Source: Peribacillus sp. Aquil_B1 (GTDB lineage: Bacteria > Bacillota > Bacilli > Bacillales > DSM-1321). From it: a DNA stretch of 40,000 nucleotides. The stretch lies in the NCBI RefSeq assembly GCF_022603275.1, contig NZ_JAKXEE010000003.1, positions 460,960 to 500,959 of the forward strand, read 5' to 3'. The notes beneath the pieces were generated by a model that did no database searches, was not told the DNA's origin, and was given only the letters and a program-made list of their open reading frames with translations. Both the position numbers and the translations under genes were made by a program. Shown here piece after piece: positions 24,685-33,040 of this stretch. Each line of letters starts with the position of its first letter. Within the stretch, counting starts at the first letter, position 1.

Positions 24685-26765
24685 TATGCACCTGCACCTC
24701 CCGCTGCTTGTACTTCGTCCGCAATATATTTCATTATTTCTTGCGCTGCTTCTTTCGAACTGCCGACTCCGTTTACGTTAATATCGCCGGTGAAGTTGTA
24801 GGTAGCCCCGCCTCTTCCGCTTCTGTACTCTTTATTTTCTTGCTTAGTTAAAACCGCCTCGCCTTTGTGAAGACTGGCTCCGTAACCATCTTTCGGGACA
24901 TACGATAAACCGCCCGCGTGGGAAGTCTGTCGTCCTTGGCCCCTTGATGCGCTGTACTCAGGTGCGCTTGTAATATTTCCCCAATTGACCATAGGTACAA
25001 TGGGTATATTTACGCCCGGTATTTTGTTTAGAACGCCGATCATTTTATTCACGTTCGATATGACACTGTTTACCATCGTTCCGGCTTTCGATTTAATCGT
25101 ATCGAAGTTTTGATATATCTTAACTGCCGCGAACGCGATTTGCGCGAATGGCCCGAGCATTGCGATTACTGCACCCTTTAGCACGCCGAGTTTATTCCAT
25201 AGCTCTAATGTTTTCGCCTTCACCTTATCCCAATTGCGATATACGTAGACTCCGCCTGCAACCAGTAAAGCCAAAGCTGCTACGACTAGCCCGATTGGAT
25301 TAGCGAAAAGCACTCCGTTGAGTAATGCCTGCGCTGTTGTCGCGCCCACTGTCGCCGTTCTGTATGCTTTCATCATCGTAGTTACTGTCTCGATAATTGA
25401 CATCGCTACTAATCCGGCTTTAAGTGTGACTAATCCGGCGCTGATGGAAATAACGGTTTCCTTAATCGGTCCCCAATTGTCCTTTATCATGATTGCGAAA
25501 TCTAACGCTGATTGTGCGCTCGTCTTAATGTTTTCGCCCCACGCCGCAATCGTCTCCGGCTTTAAGTTTGATACCCATTCGGACATCGCATTCGCCCCGT
25601 CTTTGATAACAGGTAATAACGGCGTTAGTACGGATATTTGTAACGTTTCGAGTGCGCCCTTAAACTGCTCAACTGCGCCCGCCGCGTTGTTCATTTTTTC
25701 TTTCGCCACGTCTAGCGCGGTTACTTTCGACATTTCCGCGTTAAAGTCTTTTACTCCACTGGTTCCTTCTGCGTAGAGGATATTCGCAGCCCTTATCGCA
25801 TCGCTTCCGAATAGTGTTTCTAGTGTAGACATACGTTGTTGATCTGTCATACCTTTCATTGACTTCTGTAATAGCCCGGATATGTCGCTTAGGCTTTTTA
25901 GTTCACCCTGCGCATTGAAAAAGGCATTCGCTCCATTTTCAGCCATTAAGCCGAGGTCGAAGAAAGCCTCCGTTTGCGCTTTAGTTTTCGGCTGTAAATT
26001 CGATAACATCGTTTTAAGTGACGTACCTGCATCGGATCCCTTAAGCCCGTTATTGGCGAATAGTCCGAGCGCTGTATTCGTATCTTGAAACGACATCCCT
26101 ATGCCGGCCGCTACTGAGGATACTTGCGATAATCCGTACTGTAATTCTTCGACCGATGTAGCCGAAGCGTTTGCGGTTCCTGCTAGTATGTTCGAAGCTT
26201 GCTCCGCACTTAAAGCATCGTCTTTAAACGAATTTAGTGCCGTGGACATGATTTCGGAAGCTTTCGCTAAATCTAATCCGCCCGCTGTTGCGAGGTTTAA
26301 GGCCGATTCGAGTCCGCCCGCTTTTACTGCCGCTGGCGTTAGTCCCGCCTTAAGTAATTCTTCGATACCTTGCGCCGCTTCTAGCGCTGAGTATTTCGTT
26401 TGCGTACCCATCTTAAGCGACAAGTCCGTCATTTCTTTCATTTCTGCGCCGGAAGCTCCGGTTAATGCTTTGATACTCGACATCTGACTTTCGAAGTCCA
26501 TCGCCTTATTAACGGATGACATCGCAACGCCTACCGCTCCGGCTGCGCCCGCAAGTCCTAACAACGTTCCCGACATCGCGCCGAATGTAGCATTTGCCCG
26601 CCCGCCCTGGTTTACGAATCTGCCGAATTCATCCCGTAGCTTTCCGTTTGCATCACGTGTCTGGTTCGTTGTATTGCTAAGACCTTTTAGGCTTGAAGTA
26701 ATCGATCGTATTTGCGAGCTCATTTGGTCCTTCATCCGCAGTATAGCCGTTAACTCGTAGCTCAT
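24684..26765 (-). CDS. Tail tape-measure protein
   Basis: 693 aa. Ala/Gly/Leu-rich helical sequence. TP901-type core pattern (LKALTGASGAEMKEM..., QYGLSQVSSVAAGIGMSF). Hydrophobic central segments. Confidence 0.9.
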   Translation of the reverse strand: MSYELTAILRMKDQMSSQIRSITSSLKGLSNTTNQTRDANGKLRDEFGRFVNQGGRANATFGAMSGTLLGLAGAAGAVGVAMSSVNKAMDFESQMSSIKALTGASGAEMKEMTDLSLKMGTQTKYSALEAAQGIEELLKAGLTPAAVKAGGLESALNLATAGGLDLAKASEIMSTALNSFKDDALSAEQASNILAGTANASATSVEELQYGLSQVSSVAAGIGMSFQDTNTALGLFANNGLKGSDAGTSLKTMLSNLQPKTKAQTEAFFDLGLMAENGANAFFNAQGELKSLSDISGLLQKSMKGMTDQQRMSTLETLFGSDAIRAANILYAEGTSGVKDFNAEMSKVTALDVAKEKMNNAAGAVEQFKGALETLQISVLTPLLPVIKDGANAMSEWVSNLKPETIAAWGENIKTSAQSALDFAIMIKDNWGPIKETVISISAGLVTLKAGLVAMSIIETVTTMMKAYRTATVGATTAQALLNGVLFANPIGLVVAALALLVAGGVYVYRNWDKVKAKTLELWNKLGVLKGAVIAMLGPFAQIAFAAVKIYQNFDTIKSKAGTMVNSVISNVNKMIGVLNKIPGVNIPIVPMVNWGNITSAPEYSASRGQGRQTSHAGGLSYVPKDGYGASLHKGEAVLTKQENKEYRSGRGGATYNFTGDINVNGVGSSKEAAQEIMKYIADEVQAAGGAGA

Positions 26766-26769
26766 GCTT

Positions 26770-26961
26770 TTACCTCCTTTCTTGTCTTAGTGCTTCTTTC
26801 TTGCGCTCTAGCTCTTCGGCTTCGAGTGTCATTTCCATCGAGGCATATAAGAACGCTCTTTGGCGAGGTTGTTTATTGTGAATCTCGTCCGGAGTAATGT
26901 GGTGCCTTTGGAATATGGCGTGCAAGAGCCACGCTTCACCGCCGGCGCGGATTAGTTTTTT
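26770..26961 (-). other. Programmed -1 ribosomal frameshift site (A AAA AAC, 26961..26955) and 62-codon -1 frame extension of the tail chaperone
   Basis: The zero frame ends GAA TCA AAA AAC TAA. The -1 frame continues KKLIRAGGEAWLLHAIFQRHHITPDEIHNKQPRQRAFLYASMEMTLEAEELERKKEALRQERR and stops at 26772-26770, inside the tape-measure Shine-Dalgarno. Confidence 0.7.
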
Positions 26962-27317
26962 GATTCTTCCACCTGCGTAGTCATGTCGTTAAATCCGCTA
27001 ACTTCCATAATCGCGTTAACCAACTTCAGAACTTCACCTGCAAGTAAGCATTTTTGTACGCAGTCAGCCGCATCCGAAGCCTCGAACTTTTCAAGCATTT
27101 TCGTGTCGCCGAAATCCATGTTCGTACATGCGTGAGAAACTAAGACAGCTCCGAATAATTGCTCATCCATTTCTTTTCCGTGTGTAGCTTGCGCTTGAAG
27201 TCTTGTAAGTGTTTTGCTATCGATTGCCTTAACGATTAATTCTCCGTCAATTCTTTTTAGGTAAACCGGCTTCTCAATGTTTAAATCCGTTTGTAAAAAT
27301 TTGCTTAGCATATCCAT
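26952..27317 (-). CDS. Tail assembly chaperone (XkdN-like), zero-frame product
   Basis: 121 aa, between the tube and tape-measure genes. Confidence 0.8.
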   Translation of the reverse strand: MDMLSKFLQTDLNIEKPVYLKRIDGELIVKAIDSKTLTRLQAQATHGKEMDEQLFGAVLVSHACTNMDFGDTKMLEKFEASDAADCVQKCLLAGEVLKLVNAIMEVSGFNDMTTQVEESKN

Positions 27318-27355
27318 CTATAAAAACCTCCATTTGGTTTGTTTTCGAATTTAAA

Positions 27356-27373
27356 GCGAGCCCGAAGGCCCGC
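27356..27373 (-). terminator. Stable UUCG-capped hairpin after the tube gene (attenuator / mRNA stabiliser)
   Basis: Minus strand reads GCGGGCC-TTCG-GGCTCGC (7 bp including one G.U pair) followed by TTTAAATT. Confidence 0.45.
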
Positions 27374-27379
27374 CGAATG

Positions 27380-27817
27380 TTACGATTGTTTAATTGCGTC
27401 TAATAGGTCGAATCCGCTGAACGTAAAAGGAAGCTCTTCCTCAACGATTGCGTTAAGTTCGAAGCTTCCAAGTGGGATACGGTCGAATTGTACTGCTTTC
27501 AAGCGAACGCGTTCTGCTCCGAATGCTGCCGGGTCATTTAGTTTCATAATAAGCTCCGTAACATAAGGCTTTTTGTCGTCGTATGCCGCCGCTCCTACCA
27601 ACTTAATAAAGTCGGAAGTTACTTTGTATCCTGTCATGCTGCCCGATCCTGTAAGGCTTGTTACTTTGTGTCCCATCCAACGAGTGCCCGATAGTGGAAT
27701 TTCTTCTTTGTTGATTTCTACCATTGCCTCGGCAGATTTGATATTTGTTAACCATTGTCCTTCGTGATAAACTGCGCCATATGAGCCGTTAATTGTCCGA
27801 CTAGAATCTAATACCAT
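27380..27817 (-). CDS. Tail tube protein (XkdM-like)
   Basis: 145 aa, immediately after the sheath gene. INGSYG...GTRWMGHK pattern of XkdM-type tubes. Confidence 0.88.
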   Translation of the reverse strand: MVLDSSRTINGSYGAVYHEGQWLTNIKSAEAMVEINKEEIPLSGTRWMGHKVTSLTGSGSMTGYKVTSDFIKLVGAAAYDDKKPYVTELIMKLNDPAAFGAERVRLKAVQFDRIPLGSFELNAIVEEELPFTFSGFDLLDAIKQS

Positions 27818-27834
27818 AATTTTTCACCCTCCCC

Positions 27835-28884
27835 TTAAACGTTAATTGTTAAGAAAATGCGTTCCATTGAATCGATTTCCGTGAATGAGATTGACAAGTA
27901 AACCGCATCGCCTACTGATTCGAATTGCGGATCAATTCCGACTTGAATCGCTGTAAGAACGTTGCTTGCTTCTAATTGCTCTAGGTAGCCTTTAATAGCG
28001 CTAATAAGTGCCGCGTGTCCATCGGCGTTATTGTCAAGTGCTCCGATGTAGCTGTCGCGTGCTGTTTTTTCCACGTCTGTAGCAACGGCTTGACGTGCGC
28101 GAACTGTACGGATTTTCTTTACGCCTGACGTGATCCCTTGCTCGACCTTTACTTTTTCGCCATCGTTAACAAGAACGAAAGAACCTGCTGTAAGGGCAGT
28201 AACGATTTCGCTATTACGTAAGCGTTTTGTTACGTCGTCTACTTGTACCTGCGTATAAGTAATCGACCTATTAATCGGAGTACTTGCGATAAGTCCTGCG
28301 ATAAACGATGCGTACTGCCCACTTGAATAGTTCACTCCGCCGATAGTTACGCCAGTAATCAAGTTAACGATTGCTTCGTCGTTAAAGCCGACTGTACGTG
28401 TATTTCCTGTAGCCGGTACTTGGTCGTCCGCCGCTGTGCCGCCTGCTACGAACATGAAGTGCTTTTTCTCTGTGCGATTAACTGCAAGCCACGCCTTCGT
28501 ATTTGTCATTTCAGCCGAAGATGCTTCGCCATCAAAAACGAATACGTTAAACGGGCGAGCTTCGAAAGCGTTCCGCATGTCTACGTAATCCTGTACCGCT
28601 GGCGTTGCCGGCATTGTGTAAACTAGGATTTCTTTAGCTCCACCTTGTAGGGCGAATTTAATCGATTGGATATTCGCTGAGCCGAAAAGTTCAAGCGCCC
28701 CTTGCTCGTCACTGACCGTATAGAATTTCTTAGCTGCCGCAGTTCCGCCGGAGTAAGCTTTTAAAGGCATGGCGACTATACCGCGTGTGCCTCCTTTGAT
28801 TTGTAGCGCCGCAGCTTCTTTGAAGTTTGTATAAAGACCTGGGCGAATTGGTTCGTTTGCCGGGTCCCATTGTTGAAAAGCCAT
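27835..28884 (-). CDS. Contractile tail sheath protein (XkdK-like)
   Basis: 349 aa. Matches by size, position and N-terminus (PGLYTNF...). Confidence 0.88.
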   Translation of the reverse strand: MAFQQWDPANEPIRPGLYTNFKEAAALQIKGGTRGIVAMPLKAYSGGTAAAKKFYTVSDEQGALELFGSANIQSIKFALQGGAKEILVYTMPATPAVQDYVDMRNAFEARPFNVFVFDGEASSAEMTNTKAWLAVNRTEKKHFMFVAGGTAADDQVPATGNTRTVGFNDEAIVNLITGVTIGGVNYSSGQYASFIAGLIASTPINRSITYTQVQVDDVTKRLRNSEIVTALTAGSFVLVNDGEKVKVEQGITSGVKKIRTVRARQAVATDVEKTARDSYIGALDNNADGHAALISAIKGYLEQLEASNVLTAIQVGIDPQFESVGDAVYLSISFTEIDSMERIFLTINV

Positions 28885-28905
28885 TTGACCGTCCCCTTTC
28901 GTAAT

Positions 28906-28932
28906 AAAAAAAGCCCGCTATTAGTAGCGAGC
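28906..28932 (-). terminator. Intrinsic terminator-like hairpin between the head-completion genes and the sheath gene
   Basis: Minus strand reads GCTCGCTA-CTAA-TAGCGGGC (8 bp, one G.U pair) followed by T7. The 5' arm overlaps the last codons of the upstream gene. Confidence 0.6.
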
Positions 28933-29364
28933 CTCCACGTTTTGTATTTTCGTTGCTTGTTCGTAGCTTCGTGCTTGCCGTATTGAGACTTCCACGATTC
29001 CGATAATTGCGTAAATGCCTGTCGTTTCCGTTTGAAATGCTTGCGACAACGAAAAAGACTCGATACCTAAGTACCGAGACTCGTCGCCCTCTAAAGGAAT
29101 TGATACTTTATCACCGAAAAAATGCTGTACTTGACCCATCTTCGATATACAATCCAAGTCGGAAGCGCCGTAATAAACTATCTGAAAAGAATGATCGAGT
29201 CGGTAATGGAAACCCGTTTCCGATTCGGTTGAACCTTTTACAAAACGGATTAGGAGGTCGCCAGAATTATACTTAATGGGCGATTTCTTTAGGATTTTAA
29301 CCTCGGATAGATTATCCGAAATATAATCCGCTAGACTATCGACCTCGTTTTTAATATCAATCAC
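28921..29364 (-). CDS. Tail-completion / neck protein (XkdJ/YqbJ-like)
   Basis: 147 aa. GTG start with a GGAGGGGTGG Shine-Dalgarno. Synteny supports the call. Confidence 0.6.
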   Translation of the reverse strand: MIDIKNEVDSLADYISDNLSEVKILKKSPIKYNSGDLLIRFVKGSTESETGFHYRLDHSFQIVYYGASDLDCISKMGQVQHFFGDKVSIPLEGDESRYLGIESFSLSQAFQTETTGIYAIIGIVEVSIRQARSYEQATKIQNVEARY

Positions 29365-29367
29365 CGT

Positions 29368-29787
29368 TTACCACCCCTCCCCATTTAACTCGCTCTTAAT
29401 GTTCTCTTCTAGCCATCGTTGCCATTTCGCCTCGTCCTGCGATTCCTCCAAGAACTTCTCGACCGTGCCGGCTGTGCGTAATGATTTCCCATCCTCGGCC
29501 ATATGTCCTTCGTGAATGTAGTACGCGTAGTTGAAATCTTTTCCTCCGTAGTTACCCGTAGCATTTGCCGCGACAATAACCTTCGCATCGAAGCCGGACC
29601 CCGTTACTTCCCCGTCAATCTCTCGCCGTAAGTTCGTGGTGTTTAACGGAGCAATATTACGGGCCTGCTCGACCCAATCGTCCTTAATCTCATCTAGCGC
29701 AAGTTTCGCGCCCCTTGCGACTGCTTCCGGTGTTTTCCGTATGAGGTCTTCAAGTGGTCCTAAGTCTAGCGTAAATTCTTTAGCCAT
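29368..29787 (-). CDS. HK97 gp10-family head-tail joining protein (XkdI-like)
   Basis: 139 aa. NLRREI and YAYYIHEG motifs are typical of the HK97 gp10 family. TAATG-coupled start. Confidence 0.7.
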   Translation of the reverse strand: MAKEFTLDLGPLEDLIRKTPEAVARGAKLALDEIKDDWVEQARNIAPLNTTNLRREIDGEVTGSGFDAKVIVAANATGNYGGKDFNYAYYIHEGHMAEDGKSLRTAGTVEKFLEESQDEAKWQRWLEENIKSELNGEGW

Positions 29788-30107
29788 TACGCAAACACCG
29801 CCGTTTGAACGACCTTACCGTTTATCATCCTTTGGGGAGTAATGCGAATAGGACTGCGGGTAATCGTTTGGTTAAGCTCGTTTGTATATTCGATTTGATC
29901 CTCGTAACGTATATCCGCCAACTTATCGAAAATAATCTCCATTCCCGCGACTACTTCCTTGCCTATCTGATTTTGTACGAGTTGGCTGTCTTCGTTTAAA
30001 TTGCATTTCATTCGAATACGGTTAGGGGGCGTATGATGCTCGCCCCACTCGTCCGCTTCCCCTTGCCGAATGATTGTTACGTATTGATTCAAAGGGATTA
30101 ATGCCAT
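29787..30107 (-). CDS. Head-closure / head-tail adaptor protein (YqbH-like)
   Basis: ATG 30107 overlaps the upstream stop (TAATG). The track alternative is GTG 30128. Confidence 0.6.
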   Translation of the reverse strand: MALIPLNQYVTIIRQGEADEWGEHHTPPNRIRMKCNLNEDSQLVQNQIGKEVVAGMEIIFDKLADIRYEDQIEYTNELNQTITRSPIRITPQRMINGKVVQTAVFA

Positions 30108-30490
30108 TAGCGCACCGACCTTCCCCACCGTATTTTCGATACCGTGATTCCGCCGTTCGCATCGCTGATTAAGCCGATTGAGGTTGCCGGAATAAGGGAC
30201 CTAAGATCGGCCTCCCCATTTCTAAAGGCATACGCGATTCCTTTGAAGGAAAGGCTCTGTACGCCGTACTGTTGCATTTTGTACGTATCGTTAAAGACCG
30301 CTGCAAGTTTAGGAACAAACTCGTAAACGGCCTCGTCTGGAATTACGCAATCCTTGTAACGGTCGGATATCGTCCTACTCGCAACGTTAATTATCCGTTG
30401 CTTTTTCTCGTCGTCCGCGTTCTCCCAATCCTCGATATCGATAACATTTTGCGAAACATAATCGTCAGCTTCGAATATTGATAAAGCCAT
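30107..30490 (-). CDS. Head-tail connector protein (YqbG/gp6-like)
   Basis: 127 aa, the first gene after the capsid module. Confidence 0.6.
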   Translation of the reverse strand: MALSIFEADDYVSQNVIDIEDWENADDEKKQRIINVASRTISDRYKDCVIPDEAVYEFVPKLAAVFNDTYKMQQYGVQSLSFKGIAYAFRNGEADLRSLIPATSIGLISDANGGITVSKIRWGRSVR

Positions 30491-30507
30491 CTAAAACACC
30501 TCCGTTT

Positions 30508-30615
30508 TTATTTTTCGGAGGGCTTAGCTTTCTTCGGCTTTTCCTCCGCCTTTTTCGGTTCGTTCGCTTTTACTTCTTCTTTTAAACGTAAATCTTTATG
30601 TCGTCTTAGTAACAT
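30508..30615 (-). CDS. Small Lys-rich hypothetical protein (35 aa)
   Basis: Below the track cutoff. GGGGTG Shine-Dalgarno 6 nt before ATG 30615. Peptide: MLLRRHKDLRLKEEVKANEPKKAEEKPKKAKPSEK. It fills the gap between the capsid and connector genes. Confidence 0.4.
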   Translation of the reverse strand: MLLRRHKDLRLKEEVKANEPKKAEEKPKKAKPSEK

Positions 30616-30634
30616 GTAAATCACCCCTTATTTA

Positions 30635-31441
30635 TTAAGCTTTAGTTTGTAATTTAACTACTTTTGAATCGTCTTTAAGTGCAGCCACGTAATGTTCGTG
30701 AGCAGCGATAACCGTAGTTCTAGCAAGTACATCGCGATCGTCTTCGACTTGTACATCTTGCTTAAGATAGATTGCAAGTGCGCCCGGCTTAACGATGTAG
30801 TTAGTGTAAACTCCTGCGTTGTTAGGGACTTTATTCGAAGCTACTACTTGGCATCCTGCGATTTCACCGATTGTGCCAGTCATGAAAGCATTAGGAACGT
30901 TCGCAATGAACTGAGGGTCTTTACGTAAAGTTCCTTTTTGTAGTGGGTGGATGAATAAGATTTTTTGCTCATCGTCTTCTTCTTGGAACTTGTCAACTGC
31001 ATCAACGATACCGCCATAAGAGATAACAACCGTGGAAGCATTTTGTAGCAAAGTAGCACCGTTTAGAGCTGTTACAAGGTCTTTGTCTACTTTTGCAGCG
31101 ATTGAGTCTTCTAATTGACGACCTGCTTCTCCAACCGGATCACCGTAACCAGAAAGTACGGCTTGGTCAGTGATTTCAACGGCCTTACCTGCTTCTTTAA
31201 TTGTTACTTGTTGAGTAGTAGTAGTAAGTACGACTGTACCCATTGCTACTCCCTCAGTTAAATCGTCCGCATCTCCGATATATCCGTATTTTGGAATTGT
31301 AATCGTATCGCCAGCTTGACCGACTAAAGTTGTATCAATTACTGCTAAAGGTGAGAATTTAATTTTGCTTGGAAGTGAAGCCCCGATCATGTCTGCCATT
31401 ACCTTCGGGTTTACCATATTAGTTAATTTTGTTTGTGCCAT
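30635..31441 (-). CDS. Major capsid protein (N4-gp56-like / HK97-fold family)
   Basis: 268 aa. N-terminus MAQTKLTNMVNPKVMADMIGASLPSKIKFSPLA is characteristic of this capsid family. It follows the scaffold gene. Confidence 0.85.
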   Translation of the reverse strand: MAQTKLTNMVNPKVMADMIGASLPSKIKFSPLAVIDTTLVGQAGDTITIPKYGYIGDADDLTEGVAMGTVVLTTTTQQVTIKEAGKAVEITDQAVLSGYGDPVGEAGRQLEDSIAAKVDKDLVTALNGATLLQNASTVVISYGGIVDAVDKFQEEDDEQKILFIHPLQKGTLRKDPQFIANVPNAFMTGTIGEIAGCQVVASNKVPNNAGVYTNYIVKPGALAIYLKQDVQVEDDRDVLARTTVIAAHEHYVAALKDDSKVVKLQTKA

Positions 31442-31510
31442 TTTAAAACATCTCCTCGTTTTTGGTTTTTTGTTTTGTTAATAAAAAAAGCAGCTAGCTT
31501 TTACGGCTAC

Positions 31511-32137
31511 CTACTTACTTGTCAATCGGTTATATTCGTTCGGATTGTCTGCGAAAAGTTTCATTCTTTCCGGGTATGACATTTTACTAAATTGTTCTTT
31601 CGTAATTCCTGTCTTGTCGCTCCCGTTCGTTTGTTCTCCGACCGGTTGCTGTGGTGCTTTGCTGAATAACCCTTTTGTCTCCGCTCTGTTTATCCATTCA
31701 AGCTTCGACTCTGGCGTTAAATTTTCCGGAATTAAATCTCTGTAATCTTCCGGAATTGACTGCAGTTTAGTTTCGAGTAGCCCGTTAATGACTCCTTCGA
31801 GTTGTTTGTTTCGGTCCTCAACGCTTGAATACTGCGCTTTAAACTCGGAAAATTCCTTCGAAGTTGTTTCGTATAACGACTTAAACTCTCCCGATTCTTC
31901 CTGCGCTTTACGATCCGCCGACTGCTTCTCCGCGTTAGCCGCATCTAGCTTCGCCTGCGCATCTTTGTATTTCTGATTAATCTCGTCGAAACGGCTTTTC
32001 GGAATCATTACTTTTTCTTGCTCCGTTTCGTTTGGAGTTCCCGCTTGTTCTTCCGTATTTTCCGCCCCGTCAGGCGAGCCAGCGTTTTCCTCCGCAAAGA
32101 ATTGTAAATCTAAATTTAGTAAGTCCTTTTTAATCAT
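31511..32137 (-). CDS. Scaffolding protein
   Basis: ATG 32137 (MIKKDLLNLDLQFFAEE) is preceded by AAAGGAG. The LNLQFFA-type N-terminus and acidic coiled-coil body are typical of scaffolds. The track start at 32209 is unlikely. Confidence 0.8.
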   Translation of the reverse strand: MIKKDLLNLDLQFFAEENAGSPDGAENTEEQAGTPNETEQEKVMIPKSRFDEINQKYKDAQAKLDAANAEKQSADRKAQEESGEFKSLYETTSKEFSEFKAQYSSVEDRNKQLEGVINGLLETKLQSIPEDYRDLIPENLTPESKLEWINRAETKGLFSKAPQQPVGEQTNGSDKTGITKEQFSKMSYPERMKLFADNPNEYNRLTSK

Positions 32138-32212
32138 GTGTTTTGCTCCTTTCGTTTTTAACGTGCAACGACACGAATTTACGTCTTTTAATGACTTCCG
32201 CCAGGTCAAATA

Positions 32213-33040
32213 TTAAACTCGTTCGGGCTTGCGTTTGGGCGTTATAAGATGCCGACAAAATGGATGGAAAATTTCGTTCTTCGGGAGGTCGCCGATAAAC
32301 GGATAATCTCCGGGCGCTCCTCGCGTAAACTTTACGACCTTGCCCTCCCATTTGGCGCAGGCATCTTTCGCTCCGTGTTTGCTGATAATGCCGTAAAGTA
32401 CCTCGCGGCTAAGTGCTTCGTTAACGGTCGCCTCTTTGTGGGCTTCCATCATTTTCGAACGTACTAATACATTTACGTATTTTTCCGGCCTCCACTTGCG
32501 GCCCGCAGCATCGATTATTCCGGTATTAACCGCTTCGCCTAGTTGCTTTCGTAACTCTGCGGTGATGTCGCGGCGTAGCGTAGCCGTTGCGTTAATTCCT
32601 CGCGTTAGATTGTTCCGCATGACTTCCGCACTTACTTTCTGCACGGTTGCCCGGATTTTCTTGTCTACGTTTAGCGAGCAGGCGAGTAAATCCTTTTGCG
32701 TATCTGCTACGACTGCCTTTACTAACTCCTTATTGACTCGGTTAAAAGCGACTATATTCTCGGCCTCTGCGACTGTCTCAACGACTCCAAGCGAAATAAT
32801 CGCATTGATTACGCCATCCTTCGCGGCCTTTTCGATACTCAGCTTCGCAAGCTCTCCCGCTTCTTTGTTTAGCCCGTTTAATATTTCGCCTACGGACTTT
32901 AAAGTCGCCAGTTGATTCGCCCGGCTAAACTCCGATAAGTCCATTCGTTCAAGCTCCCGTAAGATATCGTCGATTGCCTTTTGATATGCTTTTACTAATA
33001 CTTCGGAATCGTAATCATAGTTAGGCGTTAATTCTGGCAT
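32213..33040 (-). CDS. Minor head / head-morphogenesis protein (SPP1 gp7 / Mu F family)
   Basis: 275 aa. C-terminal HPFCRH motif. Sits after the portal gene. Confidence 0.8.
   Translation of the reverse strand: MPELTPNYDYDSEVLVKAYQKAIDDILRELERMDLSEFSRANQLATLKSVGEILNGLNKEAGELAKLSIEKAAKDGVINAIISLGVVETVAEAENIVAFNRVNKELVKAVVADTQKDLLACSLNVDKKIRATVQKVSAEVMRNNLTRGINATATLRRDITAELRKQLGEAVNTGIIDAAGRKWRPEKYVNVLVRSKMMEAHKEATVNEALSREVLYGIISKHGAKDACAKWEGKVVKFTRGAPGDYPFIGDLPKNEIFHPFCRHLITPKRKPERV

Noticed and set aside
31442-31510. Possible terminator between the scaffold and capsid genes (AAAGC-TAGCT-GCTTT followed by a T run)
   Set aside because: The stem is only 5 bp and A/U-rich, so it is not convincing as an intrinsic terminator.
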